A stretch of DNA of 64,000 nt from Gammaproteobacteria bacterium (GTDB lineage: Bacteria > Pseudomonadota > Gammaproteobacteria > Eutrophobiales > Eutrophobiaceae), in assembly GCA_963422205.2 (NCBI GenBank), contig CAXMWX010000001.1, positions 192,001 through 256,000 of the forward strand. The letters run 5' to 3'. The translations under genes and the position numbers were made by a program. This document shows, in pieces, positions 10,717 to 19,324 of the stretch. Positions within the stretch are counted from its first letter, which is position 1; every line of letters starts with the position of its first letter. The notes below the pieces were generated by a model. It was not told the DNA's origin and did no database searches. It saw nothing but the letters and a program-made list of their open reading frames with translations.

Positions 10717-12167
10717 AATACGGTCTGTCCGCTCAGCAACTACAGGAAATCACCGGCATTCTCGCCGCGTATGAGGAAGTAGAAACCGCCGTGCTGTTTG
10801 GCTCACGGGCCATAGACACCTACAAAGAAGCCTCCGATGTTGATATTGCCATCAAGGGCGAAAAGGCCGACTTTGGGCTTGCCCTAAGCATAAAAGACCA
10901 CCTCGAAGAAGAAACCTACCTGCCCTTTTTCTTTGATGTTATTTCCTATCAAAGCATTAGCAATGAGGAACTGAAAAAACATATCCGCACCAAAGGCAAA
11001 GTGATGTATCGGAAAAGCATGAAAGAATGGCGGGAAATACGATTAGAAAGGTATATCAAAACCAATAAAAAAAGTATTGGTATGGATTTTCCGTATCAAG
11101 AAATATTATATCTGGATACAGGTTCAATAACGAAAAACAAAATTGATAAATTACAAGAATTTTCATTAACGAATGCGCCCAGTCGAGCAAAAAGAATAGT
11201 TGAAGAGGAGGATATTATCTATTCGTCGGTAAGACCTAATCAGCTTCATTATGGTTTCATTAAAAACCCAAAAGATAATCTGGTAGTCTCTACAGGCTTC
11301 GTTGTTATTTCTTGTGATAAAGAATTTCTTGAACCAAAATACTTATACTATTTTCTCGCATCTGAAAATTCTACTGAATATTTACATTCAATAGCGGAAG
11401 CCTCAACCTCAGCATATCCTTCTTTAAAGCCAAGGGATATTGAAACTTTAGAAATCCTACTCCCACCCCTGCCCGAACAAAAAGCCATCGCCTCTGTCCT
11501 TTCCAGCCTGGATGACAAAATCGACCTGCTCCACCGCCAAAACCAAACCCTCGAACAACTGGCAGAAACCCTCTTCCGACAGTGGTTTGTGGAAGAAGCG
11601 GATGAGGGATGGGGGGAAGGTTGTTTAGGAGATGTTATTGAAATATTTGATAGTAAAAGAATACCTCTTTCAAAAATGCAAAGGCTCGAAATGAAGATTG
11701 GAAAGATGTATCCCTATTATGGAGCAGCCAAAATAATGGATTATGTGAATGATTTCATTTTTGATGGTGAATACATACTATTTGCTGAAGACGGAACTGT
11801 AAAAACTGATGAAGGTTATCCTGTTCTTCAATATGCAACAGGTCAATTTTGGGTCAACAATCATACCCATATTTTGAGAGCCAAAAAGCCTTATTCCAAC
11901 TTCTTCATTTGGTGTTATTTGGTTAAAAAAAATATTGAAAAATATATCACTGGGGCAGTCCAACCCAAAATAAACCAGTCCAATCTTAAGTCCATCGATT
12001 TTCCAAAGTTTCCAGGAGACTTAGTAGAAAATTGGAATGTTGAAACTGAGCCGATATTTGGCAAGATAAATCAAAATAAAACTCAGATAAAAACCATAAC
12101 CAACCTAAGAGACACCCTGTTGCCCAAACTCATGAGCGGCGAAGTGCGGGTGGAAATGGAAAATTAA
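10713..12167 (+). CDS. hsdS: MNT nucleotidyltransferase fused to type I RM specificity subunit
   Basis: Residues 1-102: LFGSRAIDTYKEASDVD (GSx10DxD). From internal Met at 11019: two TRDs, central LPPLPEQKAIASVLSSLDDKIDL, C-terminal LRDTLLPKLMSGEVRV. No stop between the two parts. Confidence 0.92.
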   Translation: MKYGLSAQQLQEITGILAAYEEVETAVLFGSRAIDTYKEASDVDIAIKGEKADFGLALSIKDHLEEETYLPFFFDVISYQSISNEELKKHIRTKGKVMYRKSMKEWREIRLERYIKTNKKSIGMDFPYQEILYLDTGSITKNKIDKLQEFSLTNAPSRAKRIVEEEDIIYSSVRPNQLHYGFIKNPKDNLVVSTGFVVISCDKEFLEPKYLYYFLASENSTEYLHSIAEASTSAYPSLKPRDIETLEILLPPLPEQKAIASVLSSLDDKIDLLHRQNQTLEQLAETLFRQWFVEEADEGWGEGCLGDVIEIFDSKRIPLSKMQRLEMKIGKMYPYYGAAKIMDYVNDFIFDGEYILFAEDGTVKTDEGYPVLQYATGQFWVNNHTHILRAKKPYSNFFIWCYLVKKNIEKYITGAVQPKINQSNLKSIDFPKFPGDLVENWNVETEPIFGKINQNKTQIKTITNLRDTLLPKLMSGEVRVEMEN

Positions 12168-12752
12168 ATGATTAGGAAAATAGAACTTTTCTTTTTATCA
12201 CTTTGGTTATTGTTTGTATTGATTATCATCATTACGGCAAAAATTCCTTTTTGCTTTTCAGAAGTTTGTGGGTTTGTTGGATTCGAATATCTCATTTTGA
12301 ATAATATCATCTCTCTGTTATGCATAATCTCATTAATTATTGGGGCTGTTGCTTATTTTGATTTCATTTATCAGATGAAGGGATCGCCCGAGTTATCTTT
12401 TAAGATAACTAAAATTGAAAAGATTGATTATGAACATTTGATCTTTCTTACGACATATATAATACCATTGGTATGCTTCAAATTTGAATCACTTAGATAC
12501 CAGATAGTGTTTTTTTTGATAATTGTGGTGATTGGAATAATTTATGTCAGAACTGACCTCTTTTATGCAAATCCAATACTGGCAATGCTTCAATTTCGAA
12601 TCTACAAAGTGGATGGAGAATTTAGAAATAATGAAACACGTGAAGCTAGAATATTAATTTCCAAAGAAAAACTAAGTAAAGAAGATAATGTCAAGTACTT
12701 GAAACTTGATGACCGAATATATTATGCATTTAGAGTAAAGAAAAATGACTAA
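12168..12752 (+). CDS. kwaA: Kiwa anti-phage membrane protein KwaA
   Basis: About four TM segments, FLTTYIIPL and LFYANPILA motifs, directly upstream of a KwaB-like gene; AT-rich. Confidence 0.8.
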   Translation: MIRKIELFFLSLWLLFVLIIIITAKIPFCFSEVCGFVGFEYLILNNIISLLCIISLIIGAVAYFDFIYQMKGSPELSFKITKIEKIDYEHLIFLTTYIIPLVCFKFESLRYQIVFFLIIVVIGIIYVRTDLFYANPILAMLQFRIYKVDGEFRNNETREARILISKEKLSKEDNVKYLKLDDRIYYAFRVKKND

Positions 12753-13728
12753 AGAAGAACTTAACCAGGCACTTCAGTTTATCAATAACCCACAAGGTGA
12801 ATTACAGATAATCTTATATACATTATTTAAGAATGGAGGAGATATAAAGAAAATAGATATACGAGTAGATGATCTTCCACAAATCCGTGAAATATTTATT
12901 CAGGGCATAAAGTCTTATGTTGTGGAAAAAGATGATCATGTTGTCCTGCCACTTTCTACAGCCGATGAAAGAGTGAACTGTTTTTATACCTATGACCTTG
13001 AATTGCCAGATGAACTGACATATTTAGAAAGTGTTATTGGCAATGATGATTTAGACAACTTTAACTTTCAAGATGATCAGTTATCTGAAATTGATGCACT
13101 TATTGTAATCCTCGCTGATAATGATTTTGAAATTTCTTTATTCAAAAAATTAACACCGGTAGAAGTAGTAGGCAGAGGTGGATATATGTTATGGAAATCA
13201 AATGAGAGATTTGAGCGATTTGATGAACAGCTATTGCGAATTACTCCTCGATTTCAAGTAATTCGAGTAAATAATGAGGTAGTCATTATTGATTTAAATA
13301 CAATAGAGAAAAGCCTTGGGTTCCATGATGTAATCACTAGGGAGGCTAGTGCAAGCCTTGATGTTATTAGACAAATGGAAATTGTAAGTAATATTGAGAG
13401 TTTAGAAGAACTGGTTACGGATGTCAGTTTTGCAAGAAAGTTAACAAGAGTGGCGAAAAATTCACCTGTCATTCAGAATAACATACCAAATACAGATATT
13501 ATCGCCTTTTCAAAAAGGTATCCCATTACAAGAAATAAGATGAGATATAATGAAGATGAAAGTCAATTTAATTTGGATACACGTGTTTCTAAAGACTTAT
13601 TTATCAAAATACTGAATGATGACCTCCTTACTTCAGAACTGACAAGGCTATATTATGACAGTCTGGCTAAAGATGGTGTTGGAATTGAAAATGTAGATGA
13701 AAACCAAGATGCTGATAATACCCTATGA
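12745..13728 (+). CDS. kwaB: Kiwa anti-phage protein KwaB (DUF4868-like)
   Basis: 327-aa acidic protein with LSTADER, FARKL, FIKILNDDLLTSELT...YDSLAK; paired with kwaA. Confidence 0.8.
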   Translation: MTKEELNQALQFINNPQGELQIILYTLFKNGGDIKKIDIRVDDLPQIREIFIQGIKSYVVEKDDHVVLPLSTADERVNCFYTYDLELPDELTYLESVIGNDDLDNFNFQDDQLSEIDALIVILADNDFEISLFKKLTPVEVVGRGGYMLWKSNERFERFDEQLLRITPRFQVIRVNNEVVIIDLNTIEKSLGFHDVITREASASLDVIRQMEIVSNIESLEELVTDVSFARKLTRVAKNSPVIQNNIPNTDIIAFSKRYPITRNKMRYNEDESQFNLDTRVSKDLFIKILNDDLLTSELTRLYYDSLAKDGVGIENVDENQDADNTL

Positions 13729-13808
13729 CTTGCTTAACCAAAAACGAAATTGAGGAATTGGTCACACAGAAATTAAAAATCCCCGAAACCGAGGTTAAGG
13801 GGATATGA
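13725..13808 (+). other. 27-codon mini-ORF resembling an HsdR N-terminus (remnant)
   Basis: MTCLTKNEIEEL vs HsdR MTRLTESAIENF; same ATGA overlap with the upstream stop. Confidence 0.45.
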
Positions 13809-13841
13809 AAGGTTGGGCTGATGAGCGGTTGGGGTGATGTG

Positions 13842-13888
13842 GTAGAGACGCAAAATTTTGCATCTCTACAGGATATTTCGTCTCTACG
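13842..13888. repeat. GTAG-type REP palindrome plus partial copy upstream of RAYT
   Basis: gtagagacgcaa-aatt-ttgcatctctac followed by aggatatttcgtctctac. Confidence 0.88.
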
Positions 13889-14070
13889 GGGGTATCGGAT
13901 ATTCATAATACATTGCACCAGAAACCCAAAAAAACAAAATAATGACCGGCCTTTACAAAAACAAATACCGCATCGCCTCTGCCCGCCACCCGGCTTGGAA
14001 TTATGGATGGAACGCTGCGTATTTTGTGACGATCTGTACCAAAGACCGGGTATGTTGGTTTGGGCAAATC

Positions 14071-14152
14071 GTAGAGACGCAAGATTTTGCGTCTCTACAG
14101 GATCTTGCGTCTCTACAAAATGTTGCGTCTCCACAGGGTATTGCACCTCTAC
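14071..14152. repeat. REP palindrome plus three tandem 18-bp half-copies inside RAYT, in frame
   Basis: 14071-14098 palindrome; 14099-14116, 14117-14134, 14135-14152 decaying copies; encodes VETQDFASLQDLASLQNVASPQGIAPL. Confidence 0.9.
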
Positions 14153-14337
14153 CACATGAACCACAAATGAAATTATCAGAAATGGGTGAAATCGCCCACC
14201 AATGCTGGTTGGAAATACCACAACATTTTCCGTTTGTGAAATTGGGAAATCACATTATCATGCCCAATCATGTACACGGCATTGTGATCATTGATAAACC
14301 GGATGATGGATTCGGTGAAAACCATGATTTACACAAC

Positions 14338-14383
14338 GTAGAGACGCAAAATCTTGCGTCTCTACAGGATGTTGCGTCTCTAC
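14338..14383. repeat. REP palindrome plus one 18-bp half-copy inside RAYT, in frame
   Basis: gtagagacgcaa-aatc-ttgcgtctctac-aggatgttgcgtctctac. Confidence 0.9.
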
Positions 14384-14627
14384 CGTCCAAACCATCAGAA
14401 ACCAACAAACCTAAAAACCAATTTGGCCCGCAATCCAAAAACCTGGCATCCATCATCCGCGGGTTCAAAACAGGGATCACCAAAAATGCCAGACGCATTG
14501 CCCCGGAATTTGCCTGGCAACCCCGATACCATGACCATATCATCCGAAATGAAAAATCCTATTATCATATTTCAGAATACATTGTGAATAATCCCCCGAA
14601 ATGGACAGAAGATGAATTCTATGCCCC

Positions 14628-17600
14628 ATGACCCGCTTAACTGAATCCGCCATCGAAAATTTCGCCATTGAACTGTTTGAACACTTGGGCTACCAGTACC
14701 TCTACGGCCCGGACATTGCCCCATTCCCCTCCTCTGGAGGGGTGGATTTCATCGAAGATGGAAGACGAGGTGGTGCAGACACTCGCGAAAGCTACAGCCA
14801 AGTCCTGCTCCTCAATCGCCTGCGAGAGGCCATTGCCAGAATCAACCCCGGCATTGCCCATGACACCCGGCAGGAGGCCATCAAGGAAATTCAGCGCCTG
14901 CATTCCCCGGCATTATTGACCAACAATGAGGCTTTTCATCGTCTGCTTACCGAAAGCATTCAGGTGACGTATCAAAAAGACGGTCAGCAAAGGGGCGATT
15001 TGGTCTGGCTGATTGATTTTGAAAACCCAGGCAACAATGATTTTGTCGTCACCAATCAATACACCATCATAGAAGATGGCAACAACAAACGCCCCGACAT
15101 AATATTGTTCATCAACGGTATCCCGTTGGTGGTTGTCGAGCTTAAAAACGCCGCCGATGAAACTGCAACTGTAGAGTCAGCATTCGACCAAATAGAAACC
15201 TACAAAGCCACCATTCCAAGCCTGTTTACTTACAATGCGTTTTCCATCATTTCCGATGGTCTGGAAGCCAAAGCCGGAACCGTATCTTCTGAAATCAGTC
15301 GCTTCATGGCATGGAAATCTGTGGACGGCAAAAAAGAAGCCTCTCATCGGGTCAGTCAGCTGGAGACCTTGATCCACGGCATGTTGAACAAGGAAACCCT
15401 GATTGATGTGATCAGGCATTTCATTGTCTTTGAGAAGTCCAGAAAGGAGGACGCTGAATCGGGGCAGATCACCATCAACAGCATAAAAAAACTGGCCGCC
15501 TATCATCAATACTACGCCGTGAATCGCGCCATTGACTCAACCCTGCGAGCGACAGGGTACAGGTTAGAAAGAAAGACACCTGTAAGCAGCGTACAGGAAT
15601 CACCGGAGAGTTACGGTGTGCCGGGGGTAAAGTCACAGCCATCGGGCGATAGAAAAGGCGGAGTCGTCTGGCATACGCAGGGAAGTGGAAAGTCGCTTTC
15701 CATGGTCTTTTATGCAGGCAAAATCGTGCAGGCCCTCCATAACCCCACAGTCGTCATGATTACAGACAGAAACGACCTGGACGATCAGCTGTTCGATACC
15801 TTTGCCGCCTCCGCGCAATTACTCAGGCAGGAACCCAAACAGGCCGCCGACCGCAATGATCTCAAGGCAAAACTGAAAGTCGCTTCAGGGGGTATTGTTT
15901 TCACCACCATTCAGAAATTCCAACCAGAAGAAGGCCATAGTTACGAGACGCTTTCAGCGCGAGACAACATTGTGGTCATCGCCGATGAAGCCCACCGCAC
16001 CCAATACGGCTTCAAGGCAAAACATGTCGATGCCAGGGACGCAAGCGGCCATGTCATGGGGACGAAAACCCGCTATGGTTTTGCCAAGTACATGCGTGAT
16101 GCCTTGCCCCATGCCACTTATCTTGGCTTTACCGGCACACCGATTGAAAATGCCGATGTCAACACGCCGGCCGTTTTCGGAAATTATATTGATGTCTATG
16201 ACGTAGCCCAGGCCGTGGAAGATGGCGCTACCGTTCCCATCTATTATGAAAGCCGCCTGGCCAAGGTCAATCTCAGTGATGAGGGCAAACAGTTGGTGGC
16301 AGAGCTTGAAGAGGAACTGGAACAGGAAGAGCTAACCGAAACCCAAAAGGTCAAAGCCAAGTGGACGCAATTAGAAGCGCTTATAGGCAGTGAAAATCGC
16401 CTTGCCACGGTAGCAAAAGACATGGTTCAGCATTTTGAGCAGCGACAGGAAGTCTTTACCGGCAAGGGCATGATTGTGACCATGTCCAGACGCATCGCCG
16501 CAGACCTCTATGCAGAAATCATCCAGCTCAAACCCGAATGGCATTCAGATGATCTCGACAAGGGTGCGATTAAAGTGGTGATGACTTCCTCATCATCCGA
16601 TGGCCCCAAGATGGCAAAACACCATTCCACCAAGCAGCAACGCAGGACTCTGGCAGAGCGCATGAAAGACCCGGACAATGCACTGAAGCTGGTTATTGTT
16701 CGGGACATGTGGCTGACCGGTTTTGATGTGCCCATGATGCACACGCTCTACATCGATAAACCCATGCAAGGCCACAACCTGATGCAGGCTATAGCGCGGG
16801 TGAACCGGGTCTATCAAGACAAGCCCGGTGGCTTGGTCGTGGATTATCTCGGCATTGCCTCGGACTTAAAGCAAGCGCTGTCCTTCTATGCCGATGCCGG
16901 CGGCAAAGGCGACCCGGCCATAGCACAGGAACAGGCCCTGTCCTTGATGCTGGAAAAACTAGAAGTCGTATCTCAGATGTACAATGAATGCCCCTCCCGT
17001 GCAGGAGTACCCGAAGGACGGGGCGGTAAATTCCCCTCCTCTGGAGGGGTGGATTTCATCGCAGATGAAAGACGGGGTGGTTTCGCTTACCAAAATTACT
17101 TTGATGCAAACACCTCAGAAAAGCTATCCATCATCCTGGCAGCAGCAGAACATATTTTAGGGCTGGAAGACGGGAAGAAAAGGTACATCAACCAGGTGAC
17201 TGCCTTGTCAAAAGCCTTTGCCATCGCTATCCCGCACGAGCAGGCCATGCAGGTGAAAGAGGAGGTTGGCTTCTTTCAAGCGGTAAAAGCCAGACTGGCC
17301 AAGTTTGATTCGAGCGAACCAGCAACCGGCTTAGGCAGAACGGATAAGGCCATAGAGACGACTATCCGTCAGGTGGTGGACAACGCCCTGGTCTCCGAAA
17401 AAGTGGTGGATGTATTCGATGCCGCAGGGATCAAAAAGCCCGACATCTCTATTCTTTCAGAGGATTTCTTAATGGAATTGAAAGGCATGGAACACAAGAA
17501 TGTGGCGCTGGAGGTGCTGAAAAAGCTGCTCAATGACGAGATAAAAAGTCGCGCCAAAAAGAATCTGGTCAAGAGCAAATCATTGTTGGAGATGCTTGAG

Positions 17601-17999
17601 AACTCGATCAAAAAATATCAAAACAACATTCTCACCGCCGCAGAGGTCATAGACGAACTCATCAAACTGAGCAAAGACATTGTCAATATGGACAGTGAAG
17701 CCCGGCAACTTGGCCTGTCAGATTTCGAGTACGCTTTCTACACCGCCGTGGCCGACAATGACAGCGCCAGGGAGCTGATGGCAAAAGACAAACTGCGCGA
17801 GCTTGCTGCCATTCTCACCGAAAAAGTAAAACAAAATGCCTCGATAGACTGGGCGATTAAAGACAGTGCCAAAGCAAAACTGAAGGTGATTATCAAAAGA
17901 ACCCTGCGCCAATATGGCTATCCGCCGGATATGCAAAAGCTCGCCACTGAAACCGTACTGAAACAGGCCGAGATGATTGCAGATGAGTTGGCAGCGTAA
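14628..17999 (+). CDS. hsdR: Type I RM restriction subunit
   Basis: RPDIILFINGIPLVVVELK nuclease motif, HTQGSGKS Walker A, DEAH, FTGTP, MWLTGFD, QAIARVNR, C-terminal YGYPPD. Confidence 0.97.
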   Translation: MTRLTESAIENFAIELFEHLGYQYLYGPDIAPFPSSGGVDFIEDGRRGGADTRESYSQVLLLNRLREAIARINPGIAHDTRQEAIKEIQRLHSPALLTNNEAFHRLLTESIQVTYQKDGQQRGDLVWLIDFENPGNNDFVVTNQYTIIEDGNNKRPDIILFINGIPLVVVELKNAADETATVESAFDQIETYKATIPSLFTYNAFSIISDGLEAKAGTVSSEISRFMAWKSVDGKKEASHRVSQLETLIHGMLNKETLIDVIRHFIVFEKSRKEDAESGQITINSIKKLAAYHQYYAVNRAIDSTLRATGYRLERKTPVSSVQESPESYGVPGVKSQPSGDRKGGVVWHTQGSGKSLSMVFYAGKIVQALHNPTVVMITDRNDLDDQLFDTFAASAQLLRQEPKQAADRNDLKAKLKVASGGIVFTTIQKFQPEEGHSYETLSARDNIVVIADEAHRTQYGFKAKHVDARDASGHVMGTKTRYGFAKYMRDALPHATYLGFTGTPIENADVNTPAVFGNYIDVYDVAQAVEDGATVPIYYESRLAKVNLSDEGKQLVAELEEELEQEELTETQKVKAKWTQLEALIGSENRLATVAKDMVQHFEQRQEVFTGKGMIVTMSRRIAADLYAEIIQLKPEWHSDDLDKGAIKVVMTSSSSDGPKMAKHHSTKQQRRTLAERMKDPDNALKLVIVRDMWLTGFDVPMMHTLYIDKPMQGHNLMQAIARVNRVYQDKPGGLVVDYLGIASDLKQALSFYADAGGKGDPAIAQEQALSLMLEKLEVVSQMYNECPSRAGVPEGRGGKFPSSGGVDFIADERRGGFAYQNYFDANTSEKLSIILAAAEHILGLEDGKKRYINQVTALSKAFAIAIPHEQAMQVKEEVGFFQAVKARLAKFDSSEPATGLGRTDKAIETTIRQVVDNALVSEKVVDVFDAAGIKKPDISILSEDFLMELKGMEHKNVALEVLKKLLNDEIKSRAKKNLVKSKSLLEMLENSIKKYQNNILTAAEVIDELIKLSKDIVNMDSEARQLGLSDFEYAFYTAVADNDSARELMAKDKLRELAAILTEKVKQNASIDWAIKDSAKAKLKVIIKRTLRQYGYPPDMQKLATETVLKQAEMIADELAA
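14723..14774. repeat. CCCCTCC/GGAGGGG palindromic element inside hsdR, in frame
   Basis: attcccctcc-tct-ggaggggtggatttcatcgaagatggaagacgaggtggt; encodes FPSSGGVDFIEDGRRGG. Confidence 0.88.
16988..17082. repeat. Two tandem copies (one degenerate) of the same element inside hsdR, in frame
   Basis: 16988-17028 degenerate (CPSRAGVPEGRGG); 17030-17082 nearly identical to the 14723 copy (FPSSGGVDFIADERRGG). Confidence 0.88.
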
Positions 18000-18068
18000 A
18001 AAATTGCTTTGCGGCGGGAGGGCGATGCCTTCACCTCATCTTGCCCTGGTAATTTTGACGGCTCTTAA

Positions 18069-18731
18069 CTAAGTACGCCTGTTGAGATTTCCCTCAAGCC
18101 GCCGGGCGCGTTCCCGCCAGCTCGTTGACAAGACTGCCAGCGCTTTCAAGGCGGTGATCGCTGTCCTGTCTCGGTCATTGCCAACCAGCAAACCCAACAC
18201 CCGGGCCACCGGCCATTCAGGATACGGGCGTGCCAGCAAGGCGATGCTATCGCCCGCCCGCACTTCGCCCGTGTTGATGATGCGGTAATACCAGCCGCTG
18301 CGGCGACTGTCGATGACCTGGCGTACCATGTCCGCTGCGCCGAACCGGTGGCCTAGCTTCCAGCAGGGCTGTCGCCCCTGGCTGATCTCGACTGTGGCCG
18401 TGCCCAGGCGGAATTGATCGCCTATGCAGACTGTCGCTTCGGTCAGATCATGGCTGGAGATATTCTCACCAAAGGCGCCGGGGGCGGCGAAGTGTTCGGC
18501 CAGTTCCGGCCGCTCCTGTTGCCAGGCCGGGTAGTGGTCATAGCTGTAATGCAGCAGCGCCTTGTCTGGGCCGCCATGATAGCGGGGGTCGGCCTGCTCA
18601 TCGCCCTGTAATCCTGTTTTAGTGAGGGCGATAGCCGCATCAACCGGTTGTTTACGAAACGCGCTGGGCTCGCCCTTCGGCCCGAATGGCTGAACCCGGC
18701 CGGTAAGCACGGCATGGATGGTTGTCTGCAT
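18069..18731 (-). CDS. MOSC domain protein (YiiM-like)
   Basis: GDEQAD...HGGPDKA, FGEN, QGRQPCWKL, GWYYR. Confidence 0.9.
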   Translation of the reverse strand: MQTTIHAVLTGRVQPFGPKGEPSAFRKQPVDAAIALTKTGLQGDEQADPRYHGGPDKALLHYSYDHYPAWQQERPELAEHFAAPGAFGENISSHDLTEATVCIGDQFRLGTATVEISQGRQPCWKLGHRFGAADMVRQVIDSRRSGWYYRIINTGEVRAGDSIALLARPYPEWPVARVLGLLVGNDRDRTAITALKALAVLSTSWRERARRLEGNLNRRT

Positions 18732-19126
18732 CAGTCGGGTTGCTGTTTCAATGTCAAGGCCACCGAGTTGATGCAGTAGCGCAGGCCGGTGGGATCAGGG
18801 CCATCGGGAAAGACATGGCCGAGATGGGCATCACAGCCATGGCATATCACCTCGGTGCGTACCATGCCGTGGCTGTTATCGGTGGCCGTTTTGATGGCCT
18901 TATCCGCAGCGGGCTGATAAAAACTGGGCCAGCCGCTGCCGGAATCAAATTTGCTGGTCGAGTTGAATAATGCCTGGCCGCAGCAGATGCAGTGGTACAT
19001 GCCAGCGGCTTTGCAGTCATGATATTCACCGCTGAAAGGGCGCTCGGTGCCCTTGTTGCGGCAGACGGCATATTGCTCCGGGGTGAGGTGTTCACGCCAG
19101 TGTTGTTCGGTCTTTTCTCTGCTCAT
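18731..19126 (-). CDS. msrB: Peptide-methionine (R)-S-oxide reductase
   Basis: [33 protein letters not shown]. Confidence 0.97.
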   Translation of the reverse strand: MSREKTEQHWREHLTPEQYAVCRNKGTERPFSGEYHDCKAAGMYHCICCGQALFNSTSKFDSGSGWPSFYQPAADKAIKTATDNSHGMVRTEVICHGCDAHLGHVFPDGPDPTGLRYCINSVALTLKQQPD

Positions 19127-19324
19127 CACGCTGCCTCTGGTGTAGCGGTCATTATAGGGCGAGGATCAGCATTGTCACTGACATCCTGCGGTGTTGTTGG
19201 CCGGTTTGCTCATTAGAACCTGCTCGCCAGGAAGATAAGGCAAGGCGACAGGCTGATCATCCAAGGGCGATGTTTCTGGCGGGCTTCTTACCGGTGCGGG
19301 CATGATGGCGGGGACCTCCGGGTG

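Larger units (their letters stand above)
13942..14631 (+). mobile_element. REP-associated tyrosine transposase (RAYT, HUH Y1 family)
   Basis: YFVTICT, IMPNHVHGI (HUH), WQPRYHDHIIR, YIVNNP (catalytic Tyr); GTAG REPs upstream and inside. Confidence 0.9.

Noticed and set aside
13667-14221. ORFs 13667-14221 (-) and 13821-14159 (+) overlapping the RAYT
   Set aside because: Shadow frames kept open by the palindromic REP repeats; the RAYT frame has all family motifs
7003-18068. Prophage or integrative element with att sites
   Set aside because: No integrase, tRNA target or flanking direct repeat found by eye
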